The notes: generated by a model from the letters alone, not told the origin. Positions 1-8,820 are shown, numbered from the stretch's first letter. The stretch is 64,000 nucleotides of DNA from Acidobacteriaceae bacterium (GCA_036490815.1 DASXDF010000006.1:17419-81418); one strand, 5' to 3'. Program-made: numbers and translations.

Positions 1-291
1 TCTTCAGCCAACAATGCGAGCACTTCGCGCAAGCGGCGGCACGTGCGCCACGTAGCGGCGCTGAAGCCGAATCCGATGCACCTGGCGGTCCATCGCCACG
101 AGAACACGGTATGGTACAAACCGCTTTCGGTGGAGGAATTCGGGCTGCTGTCGGCGCTGATGGCGGGCAAAGATCTGGGCGAGGCCATCGACCTCGCATT
201 GAAGAACAGCGCGCTGCCCGAAGACCAGCGGGCCGCATTTCTGCAGGAGGCGTTCGCCACCTGGGCTATGCTGGGTTGGTTCACAAGCTGA
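1..291 (+). CDS. C-terminal part of a DUF2063-like (HvfC/BufC-type) protein; the 5' end lies outside the window
   Basis: Frame 1 is open from base 1 to TGA 289-291; the listed ORF 43-291 starts only at its last internal start codon. A DoxX gene follows after 36 nt, the order seen in DUF692-DUF2063-DoxX operons. The family call is contextual; no catalytic motif is visible. Confidence 0.45.
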   Translation, partial: SSANNASTSRKRRHVRHVAALKPNPMHLAVHRHENTVWYKPLSVEEFGLLSALMAGKDLGEAIDLALKNSALPEDQRAAFLQEAFATWAMLGWFTS

Positions 292-327
292 CAGATCCAT
301 GTTCCTCGCAAGGAAGGGCAACGACGC

Positions 328-831
328 ATGAGCACGCCAGCCACGACACCTGCGCCTGGTAAGCCGATGGGACTGATCCCAGGGCTCTATCGCCGCTTTC
401 AGCTTCTCTCCGCCAGGCTCGAATCGCCTTTTCTGCTGCTGGTGCGCGTTTACTGGGGATGGCAATTCGCGCAATCGGGATGGGGGCGGCTGCACAATCT
501 GGACCGCGCGACCGGATTTTTTGCGAGCCTCAACATTCCTGCGCCACACCTGACGGTGATTTGCATATCGCTGCTGGAGTTTGTCGGTGGACTGATGCTG
601 ATCGGCGGCCTGGCTACTCGTTTTTGGGGGCTGCTGCTGGCAGGGGACATGGTGGTTGCGTATCTGACGGCCGATCGGGCAGCGGTGAGTTCGATCATCA
701 GCAATCCCGGGCAGTTTTACGGCGCTGACCCGTACACTTTTCTGTTCGCGTCGCTGATGGCCCTGATTTTTGGCGCGGGCCGCTATTCGGTCGATTACCT
801 GCTGTGGCGTCGCCACGGCGGGGGCTGCTGA
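328..831 (+). CDS. DoxX family membrane protein
   Basis: 167 aa with four hydrophobic helices. 'LLLVRVYWGWQFAQSGWGRL' and 'LLEFVGGLMLIGGLATRF' are typical DoxX patterns. Confidence 0.85.
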   Translation: MSTPATTPAPGKPMGLIPGLYRRFQLLSARLESPFLLLVRVYWGWQFAQSGWGRLHNLDRATGFFASLNIPAPHLTVICISLLEFVGGLMLIGGLATRFWGLLLAGDMVVAYLTADRAAVSSIISNPGQFYGADPYTFLFASLMALIFGAGRYSVDYLLWRRHGGGC

Positions 832-902
832 CCGGCGGCGCCGCAACCAGAGCGGCGGTGCTAACGTCTAAATGGGGGGTCGAAGACGCCCCGCGCGAAA
901 CT

Positions 903-2090
903 ATGAAGATTTCCAGTTGCACCCATTTGTCGATTCCTGCGGCTCTGGCTGCTTTAACGTTTTTGGCAACCGGCGCTTTGTCGCAAACCTCGAAGCCGGC
1001 AACGCCGCAGAACACAACGCCGCCAGCAACGGCACCCGCGGCTGCGCCGGCCGCCCCAGCCGCTCCCGCAGGCATGCCGGTTTCGATGCCGGTGACGGTG
1101 GTGGATAAAAAGGGCGATCCGGTCAAGAACCTGACGCCGGCCGACATCACGCTGACGGATAACGGGCACATCCAGACGGTGACGTCGTTCTCGCCCGCGC
1201 AGCCAGCGCCCATGACCTTCGGCATTCTGGGCCAGACCAGCGCAAACCTGAAGACGGAACTGGGGGATATGCGGCTGGGCAGCGTCCACTTTGTGGATCA
1301 CACGCTGCCGGGGACCGACGATAAAGTTTTTGTGGTGCAGTATGCCCACGAAGTGGACCTGCTGGAAGATCCGACTTCGAACGTGAACAAGCTGCACGAC
1401 TCGCTGAACCAGCTGGGGTCGCCGCAGTTTGGCAATCAGAACAATGGCGGCGATAGGAGCGGCGACCAGGGCGCGGGCGAACACCGAGAGGGCAGCTACG
1501 GCGGAACGCTGTACGACGCGATTTATCTCTCATCGACCGAGGTTCTGAAGAAACAGCCGGGCCGTCACGTGCTGATTATTGTTGGGGACGGCATCGACCG
1601 CGACAGCAAGGAGACCATCAACGACGCGATAGAAGCGGCGCAGGCCTCGAACGTGGCGATCTTCGCCATTTACTTCAAGGGTGAAGAGGAGCACACGAAT
1701 AATACGAATCCGGGGACAAACCGGCGCGGCGGCATGGGCGGCGGAATGCCTGGCGGTGGCGGAGGTTATCCTGGCGGCGGAGGCGGCTATCCGGGCGGCG
1801 GCGGCGGGCGGCGCGGAGGCGGGCAGAATCCATCGGAAGGGCCCCACATCGACGGTAAAGAGATTCTGGAAAAGCTGTGCAGCGCAACGGGCGGATACAT
1901 GGTGGAAGGCAGGAAGGACAAGGCGGACGAAGGCTACAACAAGCTGGGAGCTCTGCTGAAGAACCAGTACACGCTGTCGTACACGCCGGATAAGGATGCA
2001 TCGGAATCCGTCTCGCATCATCTGACGCTGACGTCGAAAAAGAATGAGATTTGGGCTTTGGTGCAGGCAGACTACTCGACCCAGCAGTAG
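903..2090 (+). CDS. Secreted VWA domain protein (acidobacterial TIGR03436 type) with a Gly-rich insert
   Basis: I chose the internal ATG at 903 (MKISSCTHLSIPAALAALTFLA = signal peptide) over ORF start 804. Motifs: 'VTVVDKKGDPVKNLTPADITLTDNG' in the N-domain, and 'VLIIVGDGIDRDS ... AIFAIYF' as VWA/MIDAS-like strands. Confidence 0.8.
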   Translation: MKISSCTHLSIPAALAALTFLATGALSQTSKPATPQNTTPPATAPAAAPAAPAAPAGMPVSMPVTVVDKKGDPVKNLTPADITLTDNGHIQTVTSFSPAQPAPMTFGILGQTSANLKTELGDMRLGSVHFVDHTLPGTDDKVFVVQYAHEVDLLEDPTSNVNKLHDSLNQLGSPQFGNQNNGGDRSGDQGAGEHREGSYGGTLYDAIYLSSTEVLKKQPGRHVLIIVGDGIDRDSKETINDAIEAAQASNVAIFAIYFKGEEEHTNNTNPGTNRRGGMGGGMPGGGGGYPGGGGGYPGGGGGRRGGGQNPSEGPHIDGKEILEKLCSATGGYMVEGRKDKADEGYNKLGALLKNQYTLSYTPDKDASESVSHHLTLTSKKNEIWALVQADYSTQQ

Positions 2091-2153
2091 AATTGTGGTT
2101 TCCCGGGCGTTGGCCGGCGCCAGCGACTCATCGGCCCCTGGTACGAAGAACTG

Positions 2154-2528
2154 ATGCGACGCGCATTCGCAATCGCGCTGGTGCTGGCGTTCAGCCTTCC
2201 GCTGATAGCGCCCGCGCTCGCCTCGGGTCCTGACGAATCGCAGTTGCCGGCCTGTTGCCGGCGTGACGGAAAGCATCACTGCGCGCTGACTGTTGAAGTG
2301 GGAAACATTCCTTCGGGCGCGCACGTGGTCTCGTCGAAATGCCCGTATTCACCCTGCCCCGCGACACCGTTGCTGCAGCCTCATCTGTTCGCTGGGGTGA
2401 GCCTGCCCGCTGTTGCCGGTCCCACCGCCGGCACTGCGGCGGTAATTCGCGCGGCGGAAGCCGGCTACCGCATCTCCGCCGATCGCGCCCGCCACAAGCG
2501 CGGCCCTCCTGAACTCCTCGCCCTGTAA
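2154..2528 (+). CDS. Small secreted Cys/His-rich hypothetical protein (possibly DUF2946-like)
   Basis: Signal peptide MRRAFAIALVLAFSLPLIAPALA, then 'LPACCRRDGKHHCAL' and 'KCPYSPCP'. It sits directly upstream of a TonB-dependent receptor. The family assignment is tentative. Confidence 0.55.
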   Translation: MRRAFAIALVLAFSLPLIAPALASGPDESQLPACCRRDGKHHCALTVEVGNIPSGAHVVSSKCPYSPCPATPLLQPHLFAGVSLPAVAGPTAGTAAVIRAAEAGYRISADRARHKRGPPELLAL

Positions 2529-2623
2529 CTGAAGCAGCCGGACCTTTGCCGCAGCCCTGCGGCACCCGTCTATTTGCCACCGTGACTGTTACATTTGCGA
2601 CTTCTCCTCAGGAGCCCCTCGTG

Positions 2624-4891
2624 ATGCGACGATTCCTCTTTCTCGTTTGTTTGCTGCCTGCGCCTCTGCTGTTGGCTGCCGTTCTGGGTCAGGTGCAGGG
2701 CATCGTGCACGACCCCAGCCATCGCCCCATTGCGGCAGCATCGATTGTGCTGCGCGCCGCCCACTCCGACCTTTCTTTCACCGCGGTGACAAATTCCGAA
2801 GGAACGTTTTCCATTCCCGCTGTTCCGCCGGGCGTCTACATCGCCACGGTTTCGAGCCCAGGGTTCACCACGCTGGACGAGACGATCACCGTGACTTCCA
2901 ACGGTTCTGAAATTCTCCACTTCCCTCTCGCGGTCGGCTCGGTTCGGCAAACGATGGAAGTACACGCGGAAACCCAGGCGGCGAATGTGGACTCTGTGAC
3001 GCCGGAGACGATGATCAGCCGCTCGGAGATCGACCAGACGCCGGGGGCGAGCCGCACCAACTCGCTGGCGATGATTACCGACTACACGCCGGGCGCATAC
3101 ATGACCCACGACATGCTGCACATGCGCGGCGGCCACGAGCTGAACTGGATGATCGACGGCGTTCCCATCCCCAACACGAATATCGCCAGCAATATTGGCC
3201 CGCAGATCGATCCTCGCGACATCGACACGGTCGAAGTGGATCGCGGCAGCTACGGGGCGGATCTGGGCGATCGCACCTACGGTATGTTCAACGTCATCCC
3301 GAGGACTGGTTTTGAAGCCAGCCGCGAGGGTGAATTTGTAACAACGATGGGTAGTTATTACCAGACCGACAGCCAGCTGAGTCTCGGCGATCATACCGAG
3401 CGCTTTTCGTGGTTCGCCTCCGTGAACGGCAACCGCAGCGACTACGGCCTGATGGCTCCGATTGAAAGGCCGGTACACGACGCCGAAAACGGATACGGCG
3501 GGTTTACGTCGCTGATCTTCAATCGGAATCCACGCGATCAGCTGCGTTTTGTCGCACAGTTGCGCGGAGACTACTATCAGATTCCGTATGATCCAAACCC
3601 GAGCGACTGGGAGAATCAGTTGTACGATTCGTCGGGCCTGCGGGACGGGCAGCACGAGACCGATGGGCTGGCAACGTTCTCGTGGATTCACACGCTGAGC
3701 GCGGCTTCGCTGTTTGAAATTTCGCCGTTCTATCACTACAACGATGCGAACTACGAACCGAGTGCTGCGGATGAACCGACGGCGACGACGGCGCAGCAGA
3801 CAGGCCAATACAGCGGCGCGCAGGCGTATTTTTCGACGAGTATGACGCGCAATTCGTTCAAGGCCGGCCTGTATGGCTACGATCAACACGAAAACGACCT
3901 GTTTGGAGTCGTTTTCAACGACGGCAGCGCACAGAATTTTTCTGAGAACTCGCTGGTCAATGGCGGCGTTGAAGAAACGTTTGTCGAAGATAATTACCGC
4001 CCCACTGCCTGGCTGACTCTGATTGGCGGAGCGCGGCAGACGCATTTCGAGGGCGCGCTTTCTGAGAACGCTTTCGATCCGCGTGTTGGTGTGGCCGTGC
4101 AGATTCCTAAATTAGGCTGGGTGCTGCGCGGGTTCTACGGGCGCTTTTACCAGCCTCCACCGCTCACCAGCGTTTCCGGGCCGGCGCTTGCGTTTGCGCA
4201 ATCCAGCGATACGAGCTTCCTGCCGCTGCGGGGCGAGCGCGACGAGGAGCATCAGTTCGGGCTGCAGATTCCGTGGCGTGGATGGCTGCTGGACGCCGAT
4301 ACATTTGAGACGCGCGCCAACAATTTTCTGGACCACAGCAACATCGGGGAGTCGAGCATCTTTATTCCGGTGACGGTGGACGGGGCGCTGATCCAGGGAT
4401 GGGAGCTGACGCTGCGCTCGCCGCGATTGTGGCGCTATGGCCAGGCGCATCTGGCGTATTCGAACCAGATCGCCCAACAGCGAGGAGCGATCACGGGTGG
4501 GTTGATCTGCTATCCAGCGAATTCGCCGGATTGCGCGGTTGATCCGGGCTACTCGGCACTGGACCACGACCAGCGCAACACGCTCAACGTGGGGTTCAAC
4601 GGCAATCTGCCGCGGCGCGCTTATGCGTCGTTCAACGTCTACTACGGGTCAGGATTTTCGAATGGCTTCACGGATCCGCCTTCACCATATACGGGCGATT
4701 ACCTGCCCGCGCATACGACCTTCGACCTGGCGCTGGGCAAGGCGGTCGGCGAGAACTGGAGCGTCAGCGGACAGGCGACGAATGTAGGGAATACGAGGGT
4801 GCTTTTGGACAACAGCCTCACCTTCGGGGGCTTCCACGAAAATGATGCGCGCCAGATTTATGGGGAGGTTCGATACCGCTTTCGCTTCTAA
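2624..4891 (+). CDS. TonB-dependent receptor with an N-terminal carboxypeptidase-regulatory-like domain
   Basis: ATG 2624 is preceded by AGGAG. Signal peptide MRRFLFLVCLLPAPLLLAA, a CarbopepD_reg-like 'SEGTFSIPAVPPGVYIATVSSPGF', plug motifs 'VEVDRGS', and a C-terminal aromatic barrel end '...VRYRFRF'. Confidence 0.9.
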   Translation: MRRFLFLVCLLPAPLLLAAVLGQVQGIVHDPSHRPIAAASIVLRAAHSDLSFTAVTNSEGTFSIPAVPPGVYIATVSSPGFTTLDETITVTSNGSEILHFPLAVGSVRQTMEVHAETQAANVDSVTPETMISRSEIDQTPGASRTNSLAMITDYTPGAYMTHDMLHMRGGHELNWMIDGVPIPNTNIASNIGPQIDPRDIDTVEVDRGSYGADLGDRTYGMFNVIPRTGFEASREGEFVTTMGSYYQTDSQLSLGDHTERFSWFASVNGNRSDYGLMAPIERPVHDAENGYGGFTSLIFNRNPRDQLRFVAQLRGDYYQIPYDPNPSDWENQLYDSSGLRDGQHETDGLATFSWIHTLSAASLFEISPFYHYNDANYEPSAADEPTATTAQQTGQYSGAQAYFSTSMTRNSFKAGLYGYDQHENDLFGVVFNDGSAQNFSENSLVNGGVEETFVEDNYRPTAWLTLIGGARQTHFEGALSENAFDPRVGVAVQIPKLGWVLRGFYGRFYQPPPLTSVSGPALAFAQSSDTSFLPLRGERDEEHQFGLQIPWRGWLLDADTFETRANNFLDHSNIGESSIFIPVTVDGALIQGWELTLRSPRLWRYGQAHLAYSNQIAQQRGAITGGLICYPANSPDCAVDPGYSALDHDQRNTLNVGFNGNLPRRAYASFNVYYGSGFSNGFTDPPSPYTGDYLPAHTTFDLALGKAVGENWSVSGQATNVGNTRVLLDNSLTFGGFHENDARQIYGEVRYRFRF

Positions 4892-4900
4892 AATAGAGAT

Positions 4901-5788
4901 GTGGATTTAGTTGTATCTGTTCCTGCTACTGCTGAAGGACGGTGGTCGGGGGTGGCCGCCGTTCCGGTCTACTGGCATTTGCTGAGCCTCGATGCACCTA
5001 CGGTCGCCGTATTGTGGGCGTGGAGTTTGGGGCGCGCAGTGGGCGCCGAGATTGCCTGGAGCGGCCTGGCCGTGCTGGGTATCGGGACGTGGCTGATCTA
5101 TGTTGCGGACCGCCTGCTGGATGGCCGGGCCGGCGCTCCTCGCTGCGATCTGCGAGAGCGCCATCGATTCCATGCGCGCCATCGGCGGGTGCTGCTGATG
5201 TGCGCGGCGGTCGCGATTATTTTCCTGGTGTGGCTTATTGTTGCGCGGCTGCCCGCGGCGGCGCGTCGAGAAGACACATGGATCTTCGCGGTGGCCATGG
5301 TGTATGCGGCCGCCGTACACCTGCCGGTGCCGCGGATCCGCTTTCCGCGCGAACCGGCAGTCGGCGCAGTCTTCGCGAGTGCCTGTGCTGTACCGGCATG
5401 GTCGGTCGCCGGCTATGCGCATGTTGATATGGCCGCTCTGGTGACGGTGCTTGCGGCCCTTTGCTGGCTGAACTGCTCTGCGATACATGCGTGGGAAAAG
5501 CCAAATTCATCACGGCGAGCGGGAATTTCGGCGGGAATTTCGAGCGCGGCGCTGGCAATTGCGGTTGTCGCCGCGGCATTCATGGTGCTGGCGCGACACA
5601 ATTCCGGAGAACTAGGCCTTGGCGCTGCTCTGTTCGCCTCAGCCATGTTGTTTTTTGCTCTCGATCGCGATTTTCGCCGATCGCTGACGCGGCGACCGGA
5701 GAACGGTCTTTCGGCGCTGGCCCTGCGGGTGCTGGCGGATGCGATTCTGCTGACTCCGCTGCTTCTGCTGATTCCATGGCGGAAATAG
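4901..5788 (+). CDS. Polytopic membrane protein, UbiA-prenyltransferase-like (weak motif match)
   Basis: GTG start, about 8 hydrophobic helices. Asp-rich loops 'YVADRLLD' and 'FALDRDF' sit at positions analogous to the two UbiA motifs. The stop overlaps the next gene's start by 13 nt. Confidence 0.6.
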   Translation: MDLVVSVPATAEGRWSGVAAVPVYWHLLSLDAPTVAVLWAWSLGRAVGAEIAWSGLAVLGIGTWLIYVADRLLDGRAGAPRCDLRERHRFHARHRRVLLMCAAVAIIFLVWLIVARLPAAARREDTWIFAVAMVYAAAVHLPVPRIRFPREPAVGAVFASACAVPAWSVAGYAHVDMAALVTVLAALCWLNCSAIHAWEKPNSSRRAGISAGISSAALAIAVVAAAFMVLARHNSGELGLGAALFASAMLFFALDRDFRRSLTRRPENGLSALALRVLADAILLTPLLLLIPWRK

Positions 5789-6426
5789 CAGCGCAGTTGC
5801 CGCGATTCGACCGCATCGCGCGTGCCTACCGGGCGATGGAATACCTTTCGTTTGGGCCGATGCTGGAGCGGTGCCGCTTCCACTATTTGCCGACTTTCGG
5901 GAATGCACGAAGGGCGCTCGTTCTCGGCGATGGCGATGGGCGTTTCGTGGCGCGACTGCTGGGGGGAAATCCGCAACTCCACGCGGAGGCGGTGGATGGA
6001 TCGGCAGCGATGCTGGAGCTGCTGGGCAGGCGCGTCTCCCGCGCGGGTGCAGAGGGTCGGCTGCGCACCGCCTGCGCTGACGCTCGTTGCTATGAGCCGG
6101 CGGCGGCAGATTACGACCTCGTCGCCACCCACTTTTTTCTCGATTGCCTGACGGAGCGGGAAGCCGAAGAACTGATCGCGCGGCTGCGACCACGTCTCGC
6201 GCCAGGCGCGCGGTGGGTGGTCTCGGAATTCCGGATCCCTGCCGGCAACCGGCTCGCCGGGTGGATCGTGTCCGCTCTTTTTGCGGCTTTTCACCTGCTC
6301 ACCGGCCTCGCGGTCCGACACATTCCTCCCTGGGCTGAGCTGCTCCAGCGCCACGGTTTGATCCGTAAAGATGGGCGCTCGTGGTTGGGCGGATTGCTGG
6401 TCGCGGAGCTGTGGGAACTGCCGTAA
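5776..6426 (+). CDS. Class I SAM-dependent methyltransferase
   Basis: Internal ATG 5776 (MAEIAAQLPRFDRIA...) was chosen because the upstream part of ORF 5461-6426 overlaps the membrane protein. 'ALVLGDGDGRF' is SAM motif I; 'YDLVATHFFLDC' is motif II/III. Confidence 0.75.
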   Translation: MAEIAAQLPRFDRIARAYRAMEYLSFGPMLERCRFHYLPTFGNARRALVLGDGDGRFVARLLGGNPQLHAEAVDGSAAMLELLGRRVSRAGAEGRLRTACADARCYEPAAADYDLVATHFFLDCLTEREAEELIARLRPRLAPGARWVVSEFRIPAGNRLAGWIVSALFAAFHLLTGLAVRHIPPWAELLQRHGLIRKDGRSWLGGLLVAELWELP

Positions 6427-6748
6427 GCAACTATCCTTCGGCCTGCGCTCTCCCACAGATCGTGACCCTATCAACGCAAAATCCCCATCGCTTCAGCTCG
6501 ATAACTGGCTCCCTCTTCTCCATACCTGGAATTGACCCTGGCCCGTTGCCCGACCCGGGCGTACCGCCGATGCCCAGCCCTGATCCTGCTCCGGGGCCGG
6601 CTCCGGAACCGGATCCTGAGCCTTATCCTGGCCCGATCCCGATGCCACAGCCGGTCACGCGTGGGTGGAGCGGGTTCGACGCGCCAATCGACGCAAAACC
6701 CTGAAAACTATAGAGGCAGGGCCGCGAAATTAACAATCGGCCGGCGAT

Positions 6749-6765
6749 CTGATTGTTACAATCAG
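6749..6765. promoter_or_regulatory. 17-bp perfect palindrome CTGATTGT-T-ACAATCAG, a candidate operator upstream of sixA
   Basis: Read directly from the sequence. A third half-site, ACAATC, lies at 6733-6738. The palindrome ends 53 bp before the sixA ATG. Confidence 0.3.
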
Positions 6766-6817
6766 GTTAAAAGACCTCTCCCAAAGAGGAACTGGAGCAC
6801 GTTTCCGGCCTTTCACC

Positions 6818-7345
6818 ATGAATCTCTACATTCTTCGCCACGCCAGCGCCGGCACACGCCGCGCCAATCCTAAAGTTGACGTTAAGCGCTCCCTCGACAA
6901 GGAGGGAAAGCAGCAGTGCATTCTTGTGGGCAGCTTTTTGAGCGCGCTCAATGTGCAGTTCGATCGCGTGGTTTCGAGTCCGCTGAAGCGCGCGTTGCAG
7001 ACCGCGTCGCTGGTGGGCACGGAAACGGGCTACGAAAGCAAGATCGACCTGAGCGATGCGCTGGCGCCGGAGGCGACGGTACAGAAATTCCAGGACCTGG
7101 TCCGCAGCCTGATGAAATACGAAAACGTGCTGGTGGTGGGGCACAACCCGAACCTTGCCATTTTCTTTGGATCGCTGCTGGCGCCCTCGGGACGGATCAG
7201 CACGCGGCTGCGGAAGGGCGCGGTGGCTCGCATTGACTGCACGCGCCTGCCGGGCACACTGCACTGGCTGGTCGACCCCAGGATTCTGCGCGGCATTTAC
7301 GCCAAAGCAACGAAGAGATCGCGTCCGAAAACTTCGCGAAAATAG
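6818..7345 (+). CDS. sixA: Phosphohistidine phosphatase SixA
   Basis: 'LYILRHASAG' (catalytic RH) and 'VLVVGHNPNL' (second His) at the spacing typical of the short SixA branch of the histidine phosphatase superfamily. Confidence 0.85.
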   Translation: MNLYILRHASAGTRRANPKVDVKRSLDKEGKQQCILVGSFLSALNVQFDRVVSSPLKRALQTASLVGTETGYESKIDLSDALAPEATVQKFQDLVRSLMKYENVLVVGHNPNLAIFFGSLLAPSGRISTRLRKGAVARIDCTRLPGTLHWLVDPRILRGIYAKATKRSRPKTSRK

Positions 7346-8820
7346 CTGGCTTCTTTGCGCAGCGACCACAGCTCGAGTTCGGCCCCGGTGCGCCCGGGCA
7401 GCAGTTCGAGCAGGACGCGTTTGGGATAGACGCGCACGCGAACCTTGAGCACGTCACTGGCGCGATCCTGATTGAGGGCCACAGCAAGGCGCAACAAGAC
7501 TACCGCGCGGCGCACATGCTCGTATTCTTCGGGCGGAACCTGGCGCATGGTGCGGCCTTCCGGCGCCGGGCGGCTCTTGCCCTGATAGCGCGCGATGGCT
7601 GAGGTGACGACGCGCTGCTGCGGCGTGAATCCATAGAGCTCAGAATTAGCGATGATGTACTGCGCGTGGCGGTGATAGCCCTGGTGGTTGAGAAACTTGC
7701 CGATGTCGCGCAGCATGGCGGCGGCTTCGAGCCAGGTGCGGTACTCGGGCGGCAGATCGTGGACGGCGGCCAGATCGCGAAACATCTGCGCGGCGTGCTG
7801 GCGGACCGGCTCCGCCTGGCGGGGATCGATGCCGTAACGGCGACACGCTTCTTCAACAGCCTGCCAGCGCTCGCGCTCGAACTGCTGGTGGATGGAGGCG
7901 CGCGAATCCTGCTCGGCGAGCATCTGTGCAAGGATGCCATCGCGCAGGCCCATGGGCGAATAGCGAAAGCCGGGCAGGCCGAAGCCTTCGAGGATATGCG
8001 CAAAGACCTGGGCGCCCGCAATAATGATTTCCGAGCGCTTCGGCCCAATGCCTGGAACCGCCGACCGCTCGCCGGGTTTCATCCTGGTGAGCTTCGAGGT
8101 GAGGCGGCGCACGGTCTGCGTAGGGACAAGCTGTTTGCTGGCGCGGCCTTTGCCGAGGGCGCGGCCTGCGTCGAAGAGCGCTGCCGCGGTGCCCGATGTG
8201 CCGATGACCAGGCGGATGCGTTCGGGATGAATGCGGCGCTTCGCCTTGCGCAGTTCACGGTCGATGAATTGACGGAGGCGGCGAACTTCATCTTTGCCGG
8301 GAACATCGCTGCGCAGAAATTCCTGGGTAAGGCGCACGGCGCCAAGGGGCAGGCTGATGGTCTCGTGAATGCGTTTGTGTTCGGAGACGGTGATCTCGCA
8401 GCTGCCGCCGCCGATGTCGACCAGCACGCAGCGGCCGCCGGCACCGGGCTCGTTTTCGACGACGCCGCGATGGATGAGACGGCCTTCTTCGAGGCCGGAG
8501 ATGATTTCGACGTCCCAGCCGGTTTCGTCGCGCACCCATGCCTGAAAGGCGCGTGAATTGCGGGCGTCGCGCATGGCGGAGGTGGCGACAGCGCGCACTT
8601 TGTCAGTGCCGTTGAGCTGAACCGCTTTGTAGAAACGCTTCAGGGTGCGGAGCGTTGCGGCCATGGCTTCGGGGGAGACGATGCCGGTTTCGAAGACGCT
8701 GGCTCCGAGCCGCGTGACCTCGCGATCCTCGTGCACGATGCGCAGACGATGCTGCACGACGCGGCCAATTTTCAGGCGGCAGGAGTTCGATCCGATATCA
8801 ATGGCGGCAAAGGTCTGCAT
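7297..8820 (-). CDS. ppx: Exopolyphosphatase / guanosine pentaphosphate phosphohydrolase (Ppx/GppA family)
   Basis: 'AAIDIGSNSCRLKI' and 'VLVDIGGGSCE' are ASKHA phosphate motifs, and there is a C-terminal HD-like domain 'RDIGKFLNHQGYHRHAQYII'. The 3' end overlaps the sixA 3' end by 49 bp (convergent). Confidence 0.9.
   Translation of the reverse strand: MQTFAAIDIGSNSCRLKIGRVVQHRLRIVHEDREVTRLGASVFETGIVSPEAMAATLRTLKRFYKAVQLNGTDKVRAVATSAMRDARNSRAFQAWVRDETGWDVEIISGLEEGRLIHRGVVENEPGAGGRCVLVDIGGGSCEITVSEHKRIHETISLPLGAVRLTQEFLRSDVPGKDEVRRLRQFIDRELRKAKRRIHPERIRLVIGTSGTAAALFDAGRALGKGRASKQLVPTQTVRRLTSKLTRMKPGERSAVPGIGPKRSEIIIAGAQVFAHILEGFGLPGFRYSPMGLRDGILAQMLAEQDSRASIHQQFERERWQAVEEACRRYGIDPRQAEPVRQHAAQMFRDLAAVHDLPPEYRTWLEAAAMLRDIGKFLNHQGYHRHAQYIIANSELYGFTPQQRVVTSAIARYQGKSRPAPEGRTMRQVPPEEYEHVRRAVVLLRLAVALNQDRASDVLKVRVRVYPKRVLLELLPGRTGAELELWSLRKEASYFREVFGRDLFVALA

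Noticed and set aside
4-846. A 280-aa minus-strand ORF at the left edge.
   Set aside because: It is antisense to the DoxX gene and the partial DUF2063-like gene, and its composition is Arg/Gln/His-rich low complexity.
2570-4045. Long antisense ORFs opposite clearly recognisable genes: 2570-4045 (491 aa), 10208-11545, 20287-21807, 24993-25874, 28436-30064, 31522-33591 (689 aa), 34006-35679, 58763-59995 and 60912-62429.
   Set aside because: Their translations are Arg/Ala/Gly/Pro-rich with no recognisable motifs. Each lies fully inside a gene on the other strand that carries unambiguous family signatures. This is the expected by-product of high GC content and scarce stop codons.
6660-6700. A tRNA-like word GGTTCGA ('gagcgggttcgacgcgcc').
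   Set aside because: No complementary T-stem, acceptor stem or anticodon arm can be drawn around it, so it is not a tRNA.
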